Assembly (NCBI RefSeq): GCF_019969585.1
Contig: NZ_CP081782.1
Source of the DNA: Escherichia coli
GTDB lineage: Bacteria; Pseudomonadota; Gammaproteobacteria; Enterobacterales; Enterobacteriaceae
Strand: one strand, 5' to 3'
Length of the DNA: 32,000 nucleotides
The position numbers and the translations under genes were made by a program. Of the stretch, positions 21,477-31,852 are shown piece by piece; the first letter of the stretch is position 1, and each line of letters opens with the position of its first letter. The notes under the pieces are model-generated. The model saw nothing but the letters and a program-made list of their open reading frames with translations, was not told the origin of the DNA and did no database searches.

Positions 21477-22796
21477 ATGTTGCCGTTTCTGAAAGCGCCT
21501 GCCGATGCGCCATTAATGACTGATAAACATGAAATTGATGCCCGTTATCGCTACTGGCGTCGGCATATTCTGCTGACCATCTGGCTGGGTTACGCGCTGT
21601 TTTACTTCACGCGTAAAAGTTTTAACGCCGCCGTACCAGAAATCCTTGCTAACGGCGTGCTCAGCCGTAGCGATATCGGCCTATTAGCGACCCTGTTTTA
21701 CATTACTTACGGCGTGTCGAAGTTTGTCTCCGGCATTGTCAGCGATCGCTCAAATGCCCGTTATTTTATGGGGATAGGGCTTATCGCCACTGGCATCATC
21801 AACATTCTGTTTGGCTTCTCGACGTCGCTATGGGCGTTTGCCGTGCTCTGGGTGCTGAACGCCTTTTTCCAGGGCTGGGGTTCACCGGTGTGTGCGCGTC
21901 TGTTAACCGCCTGGTATTCTCGTACCGAGCGCGGCGGTTGGTGGGCATTATGGAACACGGCGCATAATGTCGGCGGCGCACTCATTCCCATTGTGATGGC
22001 AGCGGCTGCGCTGCATTACGGCTGGCGTGCCGGGATGATGATTGCTGGTTGTATGGCGATAGTCGTGGGGATTTTTCTCTGCTGGCGGCTACGCGATCGC
22101 CCGCAGGCGTTAGGTTTACCAGCGGTCGGTGAATGGCGGCACGACGCGCTGGAAATTGCTCAACAACAAGAAGGGGCAGGGTTGACGCGTAAAGAGATCC
22201 TCACCAAATATGTGTTGCTGAATCCGTATATCTGGCTGCTTTCGTTTTGCTATGTGCTGGTCTATGTGGTCCGGGCGGCGATCAACGACTGGGGCAATTT
22301 GTATATGTCCGAGACGCTGGGCGTCGATCTGGTCACGGCGAATACGGCAGTGACGATGTTTGAACTGGGCGGATTTATCGGTGCGCTGGTAGCCGGTTGG
22401 GGCTCGGACAAATTGTTTAACGGCAACCGTGGGCCGATGAATTTGATTTTCGCCGCCGGAATTTTGCTTTCAGTCGGCTCGCTGTGGCTGATGCCATTTG
22501 CCAGCTACGTGATGCAGGCAACCTGCTTCTTCACCATTGGTTTTTTTGTCTTTGGCCCACAGATGTTAATCGGTATGGCGGCGGCAGAGTGTTCCCACAA
22601 AGAGGCGGCAGGGGCGGCGACGGGGTTTGTCGGCTTGTTTGCTTATCTGGGGGCGTCGCTTGCTGGTTGGCCGCTGGCGAAAGTACTCGATACCTGGCAC
22701 TGGAGCGGATTTTTTGTGGTTATCTCTATCGCCGCCGGGATTTCCGCACTGCTGTTACTGCCCTTTTTGAACGCCCAGACACCGCGCGAAGCGTGA
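21477..22796 (+). CDS. uhpC: Glucose-6-phosphate sensor/receptor UhpC (439 aa, MFS organophosphate:Pi antiporter family)
   Basis: MLPFLKAPADAPLMTDK…, a paralogue of UhpT. ATG 21474 is equally possible. Confidence 0.95.
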   Translation: MLPFLKAPADAPLMTDKHEIDARYRYWRRHILLTIWLGYALFYFTRKSFNAAVPEILANGVLSRSDIGLLATLFYITYGVSKFVSGIVSDRSNARYFMGIGLIATGIINILFGFSTSLWAFAVLWVLNAFFQGWGSPVCARLLTAWYSRTERGGWWALWNTAHNVGGALIPIVMAAAALHYGWRAGMMIAGCMAIVVGIFLCWRLRDRPQALGLPAVGEWRHDALEIAQQQEGAGLTRKEILTKYVLLNPYIWLLSFCYVLVYVVRAAINDWGNLYMSETLGVDLVTANTAVTMFELGGFIGALVAGWGSDKLFNGNRGPMNLIFAAGILLSVGSLWLMPFASYVMQATCFFTIGFFVFGPQMLIGMAAAECSHKEAAGAATGFVGLFAYLGASLAGWPLAKVLDTWHWSGFFVVISIAAGISALLLLPFLNAQTPREA

Positions 22797-22807
22797 TGCA
22801 TCTCACC
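22792..22807. promoter_or_regulatory. CAP/CRP site of the uhpT promoter
   Basis: CGTGA-TGCATC-TCACC matches 8 of 10 positions of TGTGA-N6-TCACA. It is centred about 103.5 bp upstream of the +1 predicted from the -10, the position reported for uhpT. It overlaps the uhpC stop codon. Confidence 0.7.
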
Positions 22808-22821
22808 TTTTCACTTCATAT

Positions 22822-22857
22822 CCGGCAAAACTAAGAAATTTTCCAGGTTTTGCCTGG
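22822..22857. promoter_or_regulatory. UhpA-binding inverted repeat of the uhpT promoter
   Basis: CCGGCAAAAC (22822-22831) and GTTTTGCCTGG (22847-22857) form an imperfect inverted repeat at about -80 to -46. Confidence 0.65.
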
Positions 22858-22890
22858 ACGCTATCTCAGGCCTGATTTGCTGCTGATTTT

Positions 22891-22896
22891 TACAAT
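22891..22896 (+). promoter_or_regulatory. uhpT -10 hexamer
   Basis: TACAAT with no good -35, typical of an activator-dependent promoter, 38 bp upstream of the uhpT ATG. Confidence 0.6.
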
Positions 22897-22933
22897 GCAT
22901 GCCTCACGCAGGTATTCATTTCAGGAGTAACCC

Positions 22934-24325
22934 ATGCTGGCTTTCTTAAACCAGGTTCGCAAGCCGACCCTGGACCTTCCGCTCGAAGTGCGGCGCAAAA
23001 TGTGGTTCAAACCGTTCATGCAATCCTACCTGGTGGTCTTTATCGGCTACCTGACGATGTACCTGATTCGCAAGAACTTTAACATCGCGCAGAACGACAT
23101 GATTTCGACCTACGGGTTGAGCATGACGCAGCTGGGGATGATCGGCCTGGGTTTCTCCATCACTTATGGCGTGGGTAAAACGCTGGTTTCCTACTACGCC
23201 GACGGCAAAAACACCAAACAATTCCTGCCGTTTATGCTTATCCTGTCTGCCATTTGTATGCTGGGCTTCAGTGCCAGTATGGGCAGCGGCTCGGTTAGCC
23301 TGTTCCTGATGATTGCCTTCTACGCCTTAAGCGGCTTTTTCCAGAGTACCGGCGGTTCGTGCAGTTACTCCACCATCACCAAATGGACGCCGCGTCGTAA
23401 ACGCGGGACATTCCTCGGTTTCTGGAATATTTCTCACAACCTTGGCGGTGCAGGCGCAGCAGGTGTGGCGCTGTTCGGGGCAAATTACCTGTTCGATGGC
23501 CATGTCATCGGCATGTTTATCTTCCCGTCGATTATCGCGCTGATTGTCGGTTTTATCGGCCTGCGTTACGGTAGCGACTCCCCGGAATCTTATGGCCTCG
23601 GCAAAGCTGAAGAACTGTTCGGCGAGGAGATCAGCGAAGAGGACAAAGAGACAGAATCTACCGATATGACCAAGTGGCAGATCTTTGTTGAGTATGTGCT
23701 GAAAAACAAAGTGATCTGGCTGCTGTGCTTCGCCAACATTTTCCTCTATGTGGTACGTATTGGTATCGACCAGTGGTCAACCGTATACGCGTTCCAGGAA
23801 CTGAAACTCTCTAAAGCGGTGGCGATTCAGGGCTTTACGCTGTTTGAAGCTGGTGCGCTGGTCGGTACGCTGCTGTGGGGCTGGCTCTCTGACCTGGCGA
23901 ACGGTCGCCGTGGCCTGGTGGCCTGCATCGCGCTGGCGCTGATTATCGCCACGCTCGGTGTGTATCAACATGCCAGCAACGAATATATCTATCTGGCTTC
24001 TCTCTTTGCGTTGGGTTTCCTGGTCTTTGGCCCGCAATTGTTGATTGGTGTGGCTGCTGTTGGCTTTGTACCTAAAAAAGCGATTGGCGCTGCCGATGGT
24101 ATTAAAGGCACCTTTGCTTACCTGATTGGTGACAGCTTTGCCAAGTTAGGTCTGGGAATGATTGCCGATGGGACGCCGGTATTCGGCCTTACCGGCTGGG
24201 CAGGCACATTCGCCGCACTTGATATCGCCGCGATTGGTTGTATCTGCCTGATGGCGATAGTGGCGGTGATGGAAGAACGCAAAATCCGCCGCGAGAAAAA
24301 AATTCAGCAGTTGACAGTGGCATAA
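22934..24325 (+). CDS. uhpT: Hexose-6-phosphate:phosphate antiporter UhpT (463 aa)
   Basis: [49 protein letters not shown]…. Confidence 0.98.
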
Positions 24326-24343
24326 ACGTAACTGGTGACTTTT

Positions 24344-24368
24344 GCCCGGCATGACGCCGGGCTTTTTT
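24344..24368 (+). terminator. Rho-independent terminator of uhpT
   Basis: GCCCGGC-ATGA-CGCCGGGC followed by TTTTTT. Confidence 0.85.
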
Positions 24369-24369
24369 A

Positions 24370-26136
24370 TTATTCCGTGACTTCCAGCGTAGTGAAGGCA
24401 AACTTCTCGCCATCAAATAGCCCCTGACTGGTTAGTTTTAGCGCGGGGATCACTGGCAGAGAAAGAAACGCCATCTGAATAAACGGCTCATCGGGTAACG
24501 GACCGCATTCACGGGCGGCGGCTTTCAAGGCGTCAATCTGTTCCGCCAGCGACTGCGCCGTGTCGGTGCTCATCAGGCCGGCAATGGGCAACGGCAGATG
24601 ACTTTGGACCTGGCCGTTACGTACCACGCACAGCCCGCCGCCATCCTGAATCACCTGATTGACCGCCAGCGCCATCTCTTCGGCACTGCGACCGATCACC
24701 ACAATATTATGGCTGTCATGGCTGACCGTCGCAGCCAGCGCACCTTCATTCAGTCCAAAGCCGCCAAGCAAACCACAAGCCGGAGCCAGCCGTTGCCCGT
24801 AACGCTCAAGTACGGCAATAAAGCTCACATCATCGCGATCAAAACCATTTTCGCTGTAGACGCTGGAGTGGGAGTGCGTAATCAATTCGTTATGGATGAC
24901 GTCAATGACCCGATAGCGTTTTCCGGGCGTAAATTGCAGGGCAAAGTCGCTGGCGGAAACTGGCTGGCGGGCAATGGTGTTGCCATATGGCGGAGCGGAT
25001 TGTGCCAGTCTCGCCGACTCTTCCGCCTGTAAGGTTTGCGCATCAATCGGCTCGCCTTTCACCAGTACCTGTTGCACCGTGACCTTACGCGCATCGCTCA
25101 ACAGGACGATATCGGCCTGCTTGCCGGGTGCCAGTAAGCCGAGGTGATTCAGACCAAAGTGGCGCGCCGTCGACCAGCTGGCGACGCGATATGCCACATG
25201 CAGCGGCACATTGTGTTGTTCGATCAGGCGGCGAATTAAGGCATCGATGTGTCCTTCATGGGCGATCTCCCACGGGTTACGGTCATCGGTACAGAGCATG
25301 CATTGCGGGCTGTTAAATTCGTTGATCAACGGTGCCAGCGCGTTGAGATTGCGGGCAGCGGACCCTTCGCGGATCATCAACGACATGCCGAGTTGTAATT
25401 TCCGGCGTCCTTCTTCCAGCTGATAACTTTCGTGGCAGTTTTCAATACCCGCAGTAATATAGGCGTTAAGTTCTTTACCACCCAAACCCGGGCAGTGACC
25501 GTCCAGCGTCAGGTGGCGAAATGCATCCAGTTTATCGAGCAGCGCATTCTGCCCGCTAATTACGCCAGGGTAGTCCATCATTTCTGCAAGGCCGGTAACC
25601 TGCGGATGGTCCCGCCAGGCGAGCATCTGTTCAAGGGTAAAACTGGCACCGTTAACATCGCAGCCTTCCAGGGCGGGTACGCAAGAGCTGACCTGTAAGT
25701 ACTGGTTTTGCCTTGCCTGTTCGGCACAGCGGGCAAACCAGGCGAATCCGGCTTCTCCCATCACGTTGACGATTTCATGAGGGTCGCAAATAACGGTCGT
25801 CAGGCCGCGCGGCAGGGTAGCGGTTTCAAAAGTGACCGGCGTCATCATGCTGGATTCAATATGCAGGTGAGCATCAATAAACCCTGGCACCGCCGTTGCG
25901 CCGCGAGCATCAATCCGCTGCAAAGCCGGAGCATCAGCGTATTCTGCGCCAACACCGGCAATGTAACGTCCTTTAATCACAATTGGGCCGGAAATTTCTC
26001 CGCCATTGATCAGGTCGAGAATAGAGACATTATCAATAATATAATCGGCAACAGCGTCGCCACGGGAAACGGCTAACAATTCCTGGTATTCAGCCCGGCT
26101 AATGTGATGAAATTTATGGTTAATAGAATTATTCAT
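24370..26136 (-). CDS. ade: Adenine deaminase (588 aa, amidohydrolase superfamily)
   Basis: [27 protein letters not shown]… with [12 protein letters not shown] metal-binding motif. Confidence 0.97.
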   Translation of the reverse strand: MNNSINHKFHHISRAEYQELLAVSRGDAVADYIIDNVSILDLINGGEISGPIVIKGRYIAGVGAEYADAPALQRIDARGATAVPGFIDAHLHIESSMMTPVTFETATLPRGLTTVICDPHEIVNVMGEAGFAWFARCAEQARQNQYLQVSSCVPALEGCDVNGASFTLEQMLAWRDHPQVTGLAEMMDYPGVISGQNALLDKLDAFRHLTLDGHCPGLGGKELNAYITAGIENCHESYQLEEGRRKLQLGMSLMIREGSAARNLNALAPLINEFNSPQCMLCTDDRNPWEIAHEGHIDALIRRLIEQHNVPLHVAYRVASWSTARHFGLNHLGLLAPGKQADIVLLSDARKVTVQQVLVKGEPIDAQTLQAEESARLAQSAPPYGNTIARQPVSASDFALQFTPGKRYRVIDVIHNELITHSHSSVYSENGFDRDDVSFIAVLERYGQRLAPACGLLGGFGLNEGALAATVSHDSHNIVVIGRSAEEMALAVNQVIQDGGGLCVVRNGQVQSHLPLPIAGLMSTDTAQSLAEQIDALKAAARECGPLPDEPFIQMAFLSLPVIPALKLTSQGLFDGEKFAFTTLEVTE

Positions 26137-26231
26137 ATTTTTCTCATTTTGATTTTATCAATTTGATTATTATTTATCATAAAGAAACGTCGCGAGATTA
26201 TTAAAGAATATCCATTAATGTGCAATTGAAA

Positions 26232-26247
26232 TGTGATAATTATCACT
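26232..26247. promoter_or_regulatory. Candidate CRP site in the ade/adeQ divergent region
   Basis: aaaTGTGA-TAATTA-TCACTgaa matches 9 of 10 core positions of TGTGA-N6-TCACA. It is embedded in the perfect 14-bp palindrome GTGATAATTATCAC. Confidence 0.5.
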
Positions 26248-26310
26248 GAACCGTTGTTGTCATTTGTTTTACAAAAGCAAGGGATTAAATCTCCTCCAAT
26301 GGACAAAAAA

Positions 26311-27645
26311 ATGAATAATGACAATACCGATTACGTGAGTAATGAATCAGGGACGCTTTCGCGATTATTTAAACTACCTCAGCATGGGACCACCGTCCGC
26401 ACAGAATTGATTGCGGGGATGACCACTTTTTTAACCATGGTGTACATCGTTTTTGTGAACCCGCAAATCCTCGGCGCGGCACAAATGGACCCGAAAGTGG
26501 TGTTTGTTACCACCTGTTTGATTGCCGGTATCGGCAGTATTGCGATGGGGATATTTGCTAACTTACCCGTGGCGCTGGCTCCGGCAATGGGGCTGAACGC
26601 CTTCTTTGCCTTCGTGGTCGTGGGGGCGATGGGCATCTCCTGGCAGACCGGGATGGGCGCAATATTCTGGGGCGCAGTTGGACTATTTTTGCTCACGCTG
26701 TTTCGTATCCGGTACTGGATGATCTCCAACATTCCCTTAAGTTTACGTATTGGTATCACCAGCGGAATTGGATTATTTATCGCCTTAATGGGATTAAAAA
26801 ATACTGGCGTTATTGTCGCCAATAAAGACACGCTGGTGATGATTGGCGATTTAAGTTCTCACGGCGTGTTGTTAGGTATTTTAGGGTTTTTTATTATAAC
26901 CGTGTTGTCATCACGTCATTTTCATGCCGCGGTGCTGGTTTCTATTGTGGTGACGTCTTGCTGTGGATTATTTTTCGGTGATGTTCATTTTAGCGGCGTC
27001 TATTCCATTCCGCCTGATATTAGCGGCGTCATTGGTGAAGTAGATTTGAGCGGCGCGTTAACACTTGAACTCGCCGGTATCATTTTCTCCTTTATGCTGA
27101 TCAACCTATTTGATTCATCAGGAACATTAATTGGTGTAACTGATAAAGCGGGCTTAATAGATGGTAACGGTAAATTCCCCAATATGAATAAGGCGCTGTA
27201 TGTTGATAGCGTCAGTTCGGTGGCGGGTGCGTTTATCGGCACCTCGTCTGTTACTGCCTATATTGAAAGTACTTCTGGTGTGGCAGTCGGTGGCCGCACG
27301 GGGCTGACTGCGGTTGTGGTTGGCGTTATGTTCCTGTTGGTTATGTTCTTCTCACCGCTGGTGGCGATGGTTCCTCCTTACGCAACCGCCGGAGCGTTAA
27401 TCTTTGTTGGCGTGCTGATGACTTCGAGCCTGGCGCGCGTTAACTGGGATGATTTTACCGAATCGGTGCCTGCGTTTATTACCACGGTGATGATGCCCTT
27501 TACTTTCTCGATCACCGAAGGGATTGCACTCGGCTTTATGTCGTACTGCATCATGAAAGTGTGCACCGGGCGCTGGCGCGATCTGAACCTGTGTGTGGTG
27601 GTGGTCGCAGCTCTGTTTGCACTGAAGATTATTCTGGTGGATTAG
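26311..27645 (+). CDS. adeQ: Adenine permease AdeQ/YicO (444 aa, NCS2/AzgA-like)
   Basis: MNNDNTDYVSNESGTLSRLFKLPQHGTTVRTELIAGMTTFLTMVYIVFVNPQIL… ATG 26299 is an alternative start. Confidence 0.93.
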   Translation: MNNDNTDYVSNESGTLSRLFKLPQHGTTVRTELIAGMTTFLTMVYIVFVNPQILGAAQMDPKVVFVTTCLIAGIGSIAMGIFANLPVALAPAMGLNAFFAFVVVGAMGISWQTGMGAIFWGAVGLFLLTLFRIRYWMISNIPLSLRIGITSGIGLFIALMGLKNTGVIVANKDTLVMIGDLSSHGVLLGILGFFIITVLSSRHFHAAVLVSIVVTSCCGLFFGDVHFSGVYSIPPDISGVIGEVDLSGALTLELAGIIFSFMLINLFDSSGTLIGVTDKAGLIDGNGKFPNMNKALYVDSVSSVAGAFIGTSSVTAYIESTSGVAVGGRTGLTAVVVGVMFLLVMFFSPLVAMVPPYATAGALIFVGVLMTSSLARVNWDDFTESVPAFITTVMMPFTFSITEGIALGFMSYCIMKVCTGRWRDLNLCVVVVAALFALKIILVD

Positions 27646-27667
27646 TAACTGGCGAGGGTTTCCAGAT

Positions 27668-27702
27668 ATCATGAGTTCTGATTACGCAGGAGAACTCATG
27701 AT
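27668..27702 (+). promoter_or_regulatory. Perfect 12-bp inverted repeat enclosing the yicN SD and start codon
   Basis: ATCATGAGTTCT (27668-27679), 11-nt loop GATTACGCAGG, then AGAACTCATGAT (27691-27702). The yicN ATG (27698) is in the 3' arm and the SD AGGAG (27688-27692) spans the loop/stem junction. Confidence 0.5.
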
Positions 27703-28150
27703 CTGGATAATGCTCGCCACGCTGGCGGTAGTGTTTGTGGTTGGTTTTCGGGTGCTGACATCCGGGGCCAGAAAAGCGATTCGCCGTCTCAGCGATCGGC
27801 TGAATATCGATGTCGTACCCGTGGAGTCGATGGTCGATCAAATGGGAAAGTCAGCCGGTGACGAATTTTTACGTTATTTGCATCGCCCGGATGAGTCGCA
27901 CCTGCAAAACGCCGCGCAGGTGTTGCTCATCTGGCAAATTGTCATTGTCGATGGTAGCGAACAGAACCTGCTGCAATGGCATCGGATTTTACAAAAAGCC
28001 CGTCTTGCCGCGCCGATTACCGATGCTCAGGTCAGGCTGGCGCTGGGTTTTCTGCGCGAAACCGAACCTGAAATGCAGGATATTAATGCTTTTCAGATGC
28101 GCTATAACGCGTTCTTTCAGCCTGCCGAGGGCGTTCACTGGCTGCATTAA
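27698..28150 (+). CDS. yicN: DUF1198 protein YicN (150 aa), N-terminal TM helix
   Basis: MIWIMLATLAVVFVVGFRVLTSGARKAIRRL… SD AGGAG lies 6 nt upstream. In-frame ATG 27671 lacks an SD. Confidence 0.88.
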   Translation: MIWIMLATLAVVFVVGFRVLTSGARKAIRRLSDRLNIDVVPVESMVDQMGKSAGDEFLRYLHRPDESHLQNAAQVLLIWQIVIVDGSEQNLLQWHRILQKARLAAPITDAQVRLALGFLRETEPEMQDINAFQMRYNAFFQPAEGVHWLH

Positions 28151-28153
28151 AAC

Positions 28154-28224
28154 CGCTTCGTCTTATCAGCCTACAGACCGCGCCTGACCTGTCGGGTGGA
28201 TAAGACGTTCACGCCGCATCCGGT
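28154..28224. repeat. REP/BIME-like element (one partial and one full REP)
   Basis: …CGTCTTATCAGCCTAC… is a REP tail. GGGTGGATAAGACGTTCACGCCGCATCCGG is the reverse complement of a full REP. Confidence 0.75.
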
Positions 28225-28360
28225 AATCTTTGCCCTGTTCCGTTTCGATCTTAACTCCAGCTCAAGCAACACCGTAAAAGTTGCAAAAACGTTAAATGCG
28301 TCACACATTTCAATGTTAAAGTGGTCGGCTTTTCCCCTGAAACATGCCACGGGTAACACC

Positions 28361-29551
28361 ATGAGTGAATTTATTGCCGAAAACCGCGGCGCGGATGCCA
28401 TCACCCGACCGAACTGGTCAGCCGTTTTCTCGGTGGCGTTTTGTGTCGCCTGTCTGATTATCGTTGAGTTTTTGCCCGTCAGTTTGTTGACGCCAATGGC
28501 CCAGGATTTAGGCATTTCGGAAGGGGTTGCCGGGCAATCGGTGACCGTGACCGCCTTTGTGGCAATGTTTGCCAGTTTGTTTATTACCCAGACAATTCAG
28601 GCCACTGACCGCCGCTACGTTGTTATTTTGTTTGCCGTTTTGCTGACGCTCTCCTGCTTGCTGGTTTCCTTTGCTAACTCATTCAGTTTGCTTTTAATCG
28701 GTCGTGCCTGTCTGGGACTGGCGCTGGGCGGGTTCTGGGCGATGTCGGCGTCGCTGACCATGCGTCTGGTACCGCCGCGTACGGTGCCGAAGGCGCTGTC
28801 GGTGATCTTCGGCGCGGTTTCTATTGCGCTGGTGATTGCCGCGCCGTTGGGCAGTTTTTTAGGCGAGCTTATCGGTTGGCGCAATGTCTTTAATGCGGCG
28901 GCGGTGATGGGCGTGCTGTGTATTTTCTGGATTATCAAATCATTGCCTTCACTGCCAGGCGAACCCTCGCATCAGAAACAAAATACTTTCCGCTTATTAC
29001 AACGTCCGGGTGTGATGGCAGGGATGATCGCCATCTTCATGTCTTTCGCCGGGCAGTTTGCTTTCTTCACGTATATTCGCCCGGTGTATATGAACCTGGC
29101 GGGATTCGGCGTGGATGGCTTAACGCTGGTGCTGTTGAGTTTTGGTATCGCCAGCTTTATTGGTACGTCGCTTTCGTCGTTCATTCTTAAACGTTCGGTA
29201 AAACTGGCCTTAGCAGGCGCGCCGTTAATACTGGCTGTGAGTGCGTTGGTACTGACGTTGTGGGGAAGCGATAAAATCGTTGCTACCGGCGTGGCGATTA
29301 TCTGGGGGCTAACTTTTGCATTGGTTCCCGTCGGCTGGTCAACGTGGATCACCCGCTCGCTGGCCGATCAGGCAGAAAAAGCCGGGTCTATTCAGGTGGC
29401 GGTTATTCAGCTTGCTAATACCTGTGGCGCGGCAATCGGCGGTTATGCGCTGGATAATATTGGTCTGACTTCGCCGTTGATGTTGTCCGGCACATTGATG
29501 TTGCTGACTGCATTGTTGGTTACTGCAAAGGTGAAAATGAAGAAATCCTGA
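28361..29551 (+). CDS. nepI: MFS purine ribonucleoside efflux pump NepI/YicM (396 aa)
   Basis: [43 protein letters not shown]… The track ORF start (28196) reads through the REP element and is rejected. Confidence 0.93.
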   Translation: MSEFIAENRGADAITRPNWSAVFSVAFCVACLIIVEFLPVSLLTPMAQDLGISEGVAGQSVTVTAFVAMFASLFITQTIQATDRRYVVILFAVLLTLSCLLVSFANSFSLLLIGRACLGLALGGFWAMSASLTMRLVPPRTVPKALSVIFGAVSIALVIAAPLGSFLGELIGWRNVFNAAAVMGVLCIFWIIKSLPSLPGEPSHQKQNTFRLLQRPGVMAGMIAIFMSFAGQFAFFTYIRPVYMNLAGFGVDGLTLVLLSFGIASFIGTSLSSFILKRSVKLALAGAPLILAVSALVLTLWGSDKIVATGVAIIWGLTFALVPVGWSTWITRSLADQAEKAGSIQVAVIQLANTCGAAIGGYALDNIGLTSPLMLSGTLMLLTALLVTAKVKMKKS

Positions 29552-29591
29552 TATCAGGTAAAGAAGCGTTGGTCAGTAGTTGTTGCTGTTC

Positions 29592-29885
29592 TTACATATC
29601 CGGGCATTCTACCTTACCCAACGCTTCCCAATAATTGCTCTGATTATTACGTTCCATCGCCACGATGGCCTCGCGTATATGTTGTTTATTGTTTTCATCT
29701 GACAACATTAACTTTTCCCACGCTTCATCTGATAATGACGCCTGTGGCGTGCAAATTTTACGTAAATCTTGTAATACCGTGGTTTTCTCTTTTGCGGACT
29801 GCAGTGAGCTAAAAGGCGACTCGGCGTATACGATGCCTGGCATAGCGAAAAAAGTGAAAATAAGCAGTAGTGTCGTTGGTTTCAT
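29592..29885 (-). CDS. yicS: Small secreted/periplasmic protein YicS (97 aa)
   Basis: MKPTTLLLIFTFFAMPGIVYA|ESPF…, a cleavable signal peptide. Confidence 0.88.
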   Translation of the reverse strand: MKPTTLLLIFTFFAMPGIVYAESPFSSLQSAKEKTTVLQDLRKICTPQASLSDEAWEKLMLSDENNKQHIREAIVAMERNNQSNYWEALGKVECPDM

Positions 29886-30106
29886 GGATTCAACCTTTTA
29901 CAAATGTGTATCGAATGAAGCATAAGTGTAGTTTGCTTTCATCGCTCTCATCATGCTGTACGAAACGCGCTTGCGTGGTCAGTAAGAAGTGCCAGACTTT
30001 ATATTCCACTTTTATTCCTTTTTATTCTTATCGATAGCGTTTCGTTTTTTAAACCGCAGCGACCTTACCGCTATAGTCAGGTAATCATTAATAAAAGGAT
30101 AAAAAA

Positions 30107-30925
30107 ATGAAACTGACAACACATCATCTACGGACAGGGGCCGCATTATTGCTGGCCGGAATTCTGCTGGCAGGTTGCGACCAGAGTAGCAGCGATGCAA
30201 AACACATTAAAGTTGGCGTTATAAATGGCGCAGAACAAGATGTCGCGGAAGTCGCTAAAAAGGTGGCAAAAGAGAAATATGGCCTCGATGTTGAACTGGT
30301 AGGATTTAGCGGTTCGTTGCTACCGAACGATGCGACAAATCATGGCGAACTTGATGCGAATGTCTTCCAGCATCGACCCTTTCTTGAACAAGATAATCAG
30401 GCGCATGGTTATAAACTGGTAGCGGTGGGAAATACGTTTGTCTTCCCTATGGCGGGTTATTCCAAAAAAATCAAAACCGTGGCGCAAATAAAAGAAGGCG
30501 CGACAGTGGCGATCCCCAACGACCCGACCAACCTTGGTCGCGCGCTTTTACTGTTGCAAAAAGAGAAGCTAATTACTCTGAAAGAGGGAAAAGGGTTATT
30601 ACCTACCGCGCTGGATATAACCGATAATCCTCGTCATTTGCAGATTATGGAACTCGAGGGGGCGCAGCTCCCGCGCGTACTGGATGATCCCAAAGTTGAT
30701 GTGGCGATTATCAGCACCACTTACATTCAGCAGACCGGGCTTTCTCCGGTGCACGACAGCGTATTTATTGAAGATAAAAATTCGCCGTATGTGAATATTC
30801 TGGTGGCACGGGAAGATAATAAGAATGCAGAAAACGTGAAGGAATTTCTGCAATCTTATCAATCACCCGAAGTCGCTAAAGCGGCAGAAACCATTTTTAA
30901 CGGTGGCGCGGTGCCTGGCTGGTAA
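30107..30925 (+). CDS. nlpA: Lipoprotein-28 NlpA (272 aa, MetQ-family methionine-binding lipoprotein)
   Basis: MKLTTHHLRTGAALLLAGILLAGCDQSS… with lipobox LAGC. NlpA/MetQ-type solute-binding fold. Confidence 0.96.
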   Translation: MKLTTHHLRTGAALLLAGILLAGCDQSSSDAKHIKVGVINGAEQDVAEVAKKVAKEKYGLDVELVGFSGSLLPNDATNHGELDANVFQHRPFLEQDNQAHGYKLVAVGNTFVFPMAGYSKKIKTVAQIKEGATVAIPNDPTNLGRALLLLQKEKLITLKEGKGLLPTALDITDNPRHLQIMELEGAQLPRVLDDPKVDVAIISTTYIQQTGLSPVHDSVFIEDKNSPYVNILVAREDNKNAENVKEFLQSYQSPEVAKAAETIFNGGAVPGW

Positions 30926-30928
30926 TTC

Positions 30929-31852
30929 TCACTCATGCCGCGCCGGACGATTTATTTTTCTGGCGCGGCGACGGGAATCCATTGAAATCAAAATCACCGA
31001 TGACAGAATCAGCAGCGTTCCCAGCCAGTCCGGTAATGTGAACGTGATCCCCAGCAACAGCAAAGAGAGTAGCGCGCTACTTAATGGTTCTGCACAGCTC
31101 AAAATGCTGGCTTTTGGACCGCCAATTAATTGTGCTCCTTTCAGGTACAGACTAAATGTCAGGGACGTACCAATGACCACCAAATAAAAAAACGCCAGAA
31201 TCAAACTGCCGTTAACGACAAAGTTTGTTCCTTGTCTGGCATAAAAAGGCAACAGAATCAGACCGCCAATCAGCATACTCCAGCCGACGACTGGTAACGT
31301 GCCATAGCGGGCAATTAGCGTTGAGGGATAGGTGGTATAGAATGCAGCAGCAAATGCCGAGGCAATGCCCCAGAACAACGCGGCAGGAGAGATCGATAAT
31401 GACGTCGGATTACCGTGTGTCACCAATAAAAAAGTCCCGACCAGCGATGTCAAAATAGCGCAGAAAACCAGAATGCCCGGGCGCGATTTACGCACCAGTG
31501 AGAACCAGGCGACGATAATCGTCGGTGAGAGGAATTGCAGCACCGTTGCCGTGGCTGCGTTCGATTTTTCGATGGTTAGCAAAAAAGTGAGCTGTACGGT
31601 GAGCGCGCCAACCACGGAAAAAATCAGCAGACTAATGGCATCTTTGTGATTGTTAATAATAGAAAAGATTTTATCGCCATGAACAAATGACAGCGTCAGC
31701 AGAATCAAACCGGCGAATATCAAACGCGTCATAGTCAAAAACTGCGACGACATCTGGCTTTGCTCCATGATGTATTGCGCGCAGACCCCTGAACTTCCCC
31801 ACAACACGGCGGCAATCAGAACGTTCAGCATCCCCTTTCTGGTGGAACCCAT
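30929..31852 (-). CDS. yicL: DMT-superfamily (EamA-type) inner-membrane transporter YicL (307 aa)
   Basis: [29 protein letters not shown]… About 10 TM helices with duplicated EamA halves. Convergent with nlpA across a 3-bp gap. Confidence 0.93.
   Translation of the reverse strand: MGSTRKGMLNVLIAAVLWGSSGVCAQYIMEQSQMSSQFLTMTRLIFAGLILLTLSFVHGDKIFSIINNHKDAISLLIFSVVGALTVQLTFLLTIEKSNAATATVLQFLSPTIIVAWFSLVRKSRPGILVFCAILTSLVGTFLLVTHGNPTSLSISPAALFWGIASAFAAAFYTTYPSTLIARYGTLPVVGWSMLIGGLILLPFYARQGTNFVVNGSLILAFFYLVVIGTSLTFSLYLKGAQLIGGPKASILSCAEPLSSALLSLLLLGITFTLPDWLGTLLILSSVILISMDSRRRARKINRPARHE

Noticed and set aside
24344-24368. uhpT terminator acting bidirectionally for convergent ade
   Set aside because: On the minus strand the hairpin is followed by AAAAGUC rather than a U tract, so only the plus-strand (uhpT) direction looks like an intrinsic terminator.
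27810-28187. 125-aa plus-strand ORF overlapping yicN in another frame
   Set aside because: It has no SD and a Cys/Arg-rich shadow-frame composition. The yicN frame has the TM helix and the recognised DUF1198 sequence.
28196-28360. 55-codon N-terminal extension of nepI (451-aa track ORF)
   Set aside because: It starts inside a REP element and reads through intergenic sequence. The MFS protein begins at [10 protein letters not shown] (28361).
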